A stretch of DNA of 64,000 nt from a bacterium. GTDB lineage: Bacteria; Patescibacteriota; Microgenomatia; Levybacterales; UBA12049. The position numbers and the translations under genes were made by a program. Within the stretch, counting starts at the first letter, position 1. Each line of letters opens with the position of its first letter. Below are positions 61,149-64,000 of this stretch, in pieces. Under the pieces are notes generated by a model. That model saw only the letters and a program-made list of their open reading frames with translations, made no database searches and was not told the DNA's origin. The stretch lies in contig JAJXYH010000013.1 in assembly GCA_021780675.1 (NCBI GenBank), positions 593 to 64,592 on the forward strand. Direction: 5' to 3'.

Positions 61149-63560
61149 TTAACACTCGGAATATCCACAGGAGTAGCATTTCTTACATCCTTCTTCATAT
61201 GCAAGGCTTGCTGCACCACAATCAGGGCAGATATCATAAAGTCCTGTTGCAGTTCCTTCTGTTGTGGACAAACTTCCGGAATGAGATTGCAGCGTTAATT
61301 GCTCAAGTTTTACAATTTCCTCCTTTGGCTGAGCGTCTGCGGCTATTGGAGCGTGTGTTAAGGCAATATTAACATTGGTTGTTCCATTTGAATTTACAAT
61401 TCTGGGTTTATCTTCGACAACACCGTTTACTTTAAATTCGAAGTGTTTTGATAGAACCTTAGCAACTGCGTCGGGAAGAGATAATACTTTGTTTGCACCA
61501 AATCCTACAGACCTCGCACCACCAATACCAATTAGCTGCGCGACAATTTGCCTAATTCTTTCCCTTGGCGCCAAGCTTCCGTTAAGCCTTAAATTAAGAG
61601 AAATCATTCTACCCAAAGCGTCTGCCATTGCTGTGACATCCGAACCCGATTTACCAATTGTTATAAACACTTCAAAAGGCTCCTTATATTCGTTATGATT
61701 GATCGTTATGAATGTTTTACCAACCGGCGTTTCCGACTGATATGTGACGCCTTCAACCATCATTGGTCTTGGCATTACCGGAAGAGTTGTTTGCATTTGG
61801 AGTTTTTCTACTTCTTCTTTTTTATCGTCTGTCCTTGATAAAACTCCCTCTCTTGATCCGTCTCTCATGTAAGTTATTCCCTTAAGACCCATATCATGTG
61901 CCATTTCATATAGTTTCTTAACATCTTCTACTGTATGTCCCTTAGGCGCATTCACTGTTTTAGAAATAGACGAATCAATATATTCTTGGGCAACAGACTG
62001 TACTTTTACGTGTTCCTCGGGCGTTAGGTCGTTTGCGGAAACAAAGTATTCTGGTCTCTGTTTGCTTGGATTTTCGCTTCTCCACTGCTCAAAAAGCGGG
62101 TGATACATCTTATGTTCTCCCAGTCTATCCCTTCGTATAAATTCAAATTCATAAACCGGTTCTATTCCCGATGAAGCACCGGCCAAAAGCCCTGTTGAAC
62201 CGGTTGGCGCAATTGTTAAAAGTACCGCATTTCTTATTCCCTGTTTGGCAATCTTTTTTCTAATTTCCTCCGGAAGTCTTTTAATAAACCAGCCGTTTAG
62301 GTATTTTTCTTTATTAAATTTAGGGAAAGAACCTTTCTCGGCTGCAATATCGGATGAAGATATATAGGCATTATCTCTTAATGTTTTAAATATTTTTTCA
62401 ATTATTTTTAAGGATTCCTCAGAGCCATATTTTACTTCCATCTTTATTAATGCGTCTGCCAAACCCATGATTCCCAAACCTTGTCTTCTAATGTCTTTAG
62501 CTACTTTTTCATTTTCTTTTATAAAATAATGGGTATCATCAATTACATCATCTAAAAACCTGACTGCCGTTTGAACATCTTTACCCAAATTTACATAATC
62601 AAATTTTTTGTTCTTTACGTAAGCGGACAGGTTCATTGCTCCTAAATTACAAACCGCATAACCGGATAACGGCTGTTCTCCGCATGGATTTGTAGCGATT
62701 AACCTTTCAAAATACCAGGTATTAGAGCGTTTATTGCTTCTATCTAAGAAGTGAAGTCCTGGCTCTGCACTACGCCAAGCTGCCGTACAAATTAAATCCC
62801 AAAGTTGTTTTGCTTTAACGGTTTTTTTAACTTCTACCTTACCACCCAACTTCTTCCATTCTTCGATATCTCCTGTCCATTTTTTATCATATTTTTTATC
62901 CGCAAGGTCAGGATAAACCAAATCCCAATTTCCGTCCTTTTTAACAGCCTCCATAAAAGCATCGGATACGCAAACCGAAAGGTTTGCACCATTTAATTTA
63001 GTTAAATCTTGCTTGGTCGTTATAAATTCCTCTACGTCAGGATGCCAATCATGAAGCATAAGCATTAAAGCCCCCCTTCTTGACCCACCCTGCTGGACAA
63101 TATCAATTGTTGAGGTTGAATAAAGCTGTGCCCAATTAAGCGGACCGGATGAAAACCCGTTGACTTTTTTAACCCTTGATCCTCTTGGTCTTAAGGAAGA
63201 CAAATTAACCCCAACTCCGCCGCCATGAGCCATAATTTCAATCATTTGGGTTAAATTTTGCATTATTCCGCCTCTTGAATCCGGAGGATTAGGGATTACG
63301 AAACAATTATAGTAAGTTACATCAAATCCTGTTCCTGCACCTGCTAAAATTCTTCCTCCAGGTAAGAATTTAAAATCAGACATTACTTCAAAGAATTTTT
63401 TTTCCCATTTTTTGCGGTCTTTTGGTTTTTCTACATTGGCAATACCCTTAGCAACTCTTTTCCACATTTCCTCCGGGGTTTTTTCTAGTGGATTACCTTT
63501 GGCATCTTTTAACGAATACCTATCTAAAAATACTTTTTGTCTTACTCCATCTAATTTCAT
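61149..63560 (-). CDS. nrdJ: Class II (adenosylcobalamin-dependent) ribonucleotide reductase with a C-terminal zinc ribbon.
   Basis: Length, conserved catalytic Cys region (NPCGEQPL) and the ten-stranded-barrel finger loop. C-terminal CPDCG...CKKCYSCG. Confidence 0.85.
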   Translation of the reverse strand: MKLDGVRQKVFLDRYSLKDAKGNPLEKTPEEMWKRVAKGIANVEKPKDRKKWEKKFFEVMSDFKFLPGGRILAGAGTGFDVTYYNCFVIPNPPDSRGGIMQNLTQMIEIMAHGGGVGVNLSSLRPRGSRVKKVNGFSSGPLNWAQLYSTSTIDIVQQGGSRRGALMLMLHDWHPDVEEFITTKQDLTKLNGANLSVCVSDAFMEAVKKDGNWDLVYPDLADKKYDKKWTGDIEEWKKLGGKVEVKKTVKAKQLWDLICTAAWRSAEPGLHFLDRSNKRSNTWYFERLIATNPCGEQPLSGYAVCNLGAMNLSAYVKNKKFDYVNLGKDVQTAVRFLDDVIDDTHYFIKENEKVAKDIRRQGLGIMGLADALIKMEVKYGSEESLKIIEKIFKTLRDNAYISSSDIAAEKGSFPKFNKEKYLNGWFIKRLPEEIRKKIAKQGIRNAVLLTIAPTGSTGLLAGASSGIEPVYEFEFIRRDRLGEHKMYHPLFEQWRSENPSKQRPEYFVSANDLTPEEHVKVQSVAQEYIDSSISKTVNAPKGHTVEDVKKLYEMAHDMGLKGITYMRDGSREGVLSRTDDKKEEVEKLQMQTTLPVMPRPMMVEGVTYQSETPVGKTFITINHNEYKEPFEVFITIGKSGSDVTAMADALGRMISLNLRLNGSLAPRERIRQIVAQLIGIGGARSVGFGANKVLSLPDAVAKVLSKHFEFKVNGVVEDKPRIVNSNGTTNVNIALTHAPIAADAQPKEEIVKLEQLTLQSHSGSLSTTEGTATGLYDICPDCGAASLAYEEGCKKCYSCGYSEC

Positions 63561-63565
63561 AATAT

Positions 63566-64000
63566 TTATTTAATTAACCTTTTTACCTCTTTTTCGAAAT
63601 CCTCAATATCTACAAACCTTTTAAATACACTACTAAACCTTATGTATGCCACCTTGTCCTTCGTTTTTAGTCTGGCCGAAACTAATTGCCCAATTTTTTT
63701 ACTTTCAACCTCAACCGAATCTGCGCCCCTTAACTCTCTTTCTATTTCCGTTACTATCTTTTCAATGTCTTCAAGAGATACTGTTGTCTTTTCGCAGGAT
63801 CTTATAATTCCCGCTTTTAATTTGTCCCTGTCAAATTGCTCTCTCTTACCGTCCTTTTTTATTACTATTAAGTTAACGTTCTCTATTCTTTCGTATGTCG
63901 TAAACCTTTTATTACACTTTAAACATTCTCGTCTTCTTCTTATTGTCTCTAGGTCTTCGCTATCTCTGGTTTCTACGACCTCCGAGTCTTTATTACCGCA
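63566..64000 (-). CDS. nrdR: Transcriptional repressor NrdR (partial: the N-terminal zinc-ribbon start lies beyond the window edge).
   Basis: Hand translation of the reverse strand gives ...RRRECLKCNKRFTTYERIE..LIVIKKDGKREQFDRDKL...VAYIRFSSVFKRF..IEDF..E, collinear with NrdR (zinc ribbon plus ATP-cone). The stop lies 5 nt before the nrdJ start. Confidence 0.75.
   Translation of the reverse strand, partial: CGNKDSEVVETRDSEDLETIRRRRECLKCNKRFTTYERIENVNLIVIKKDGKREQFDRDKLKAGIIRSCEKTTVSLEDIEKIVTEIERELRGADSVEVESKKIGQLVSARLKTKDKVAYIRFSSVFKRFVDIEDFEKEVKRLIK

Overview
The window is 64 kb of AT-rich, very gene-dense bacterial chromosome. Many genes overlap by 1 to 20 nt and convergent genes share their stop codons. 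It is mostly housekeeping content: metG, glpX, metK, tatD, groES/groEL, lepA, murJ, rpsT, tpiA, pcrA, ftsH, trpS, tgt, murD, murI, nrdJ. Several proteins are unusually short, for example TpiA at 220 aa and MetK at 363 aa. From this I infer a reduced-genome lineage, probably Patescibacteria/CPR-like with a Gram-positive-like envelope. No CRISPR array, rRNA or insertion sequence is present.

The supportable non-routine features are:
- two tightly coupled envelope-glycan operons that look like actinobacterial arabinogalactan chemistry (UbiA-type decaprenyl-phosphate phosphoribosyltransferase, WecA/MraY GT4, several GT-C membrane proteins, a Glf-like flavoenzyme, a Chlor_Arch_YYY protein and an LCP ligase);
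- a SAM-I-type riboswitch with a terminator upstream of metK;
- a Ni-superoxide dismutase with its dedicated SodX protease;
- a TrpR/YerC-like regulator with a TrpR-operator-like palindrome (ACTAGT core) overlapping the promoter of a yerC-trpS-ftsH operon;
- a rare tRNA-Ile(UAU);
- a segment bounded by two tRNAs that carries a Xer-type recombinase;
- an nrdR-nrdJ-pduO (B12-dependent RNR) operon;
- an uncharacterised three-gene operon (Zn-ribbon protein, Pro/Ser-rich protein, membrane-anchored VirD4/TraD-like ATPase) next to tRNA-Ile. This is the best candidate in the window for an undescribed system.
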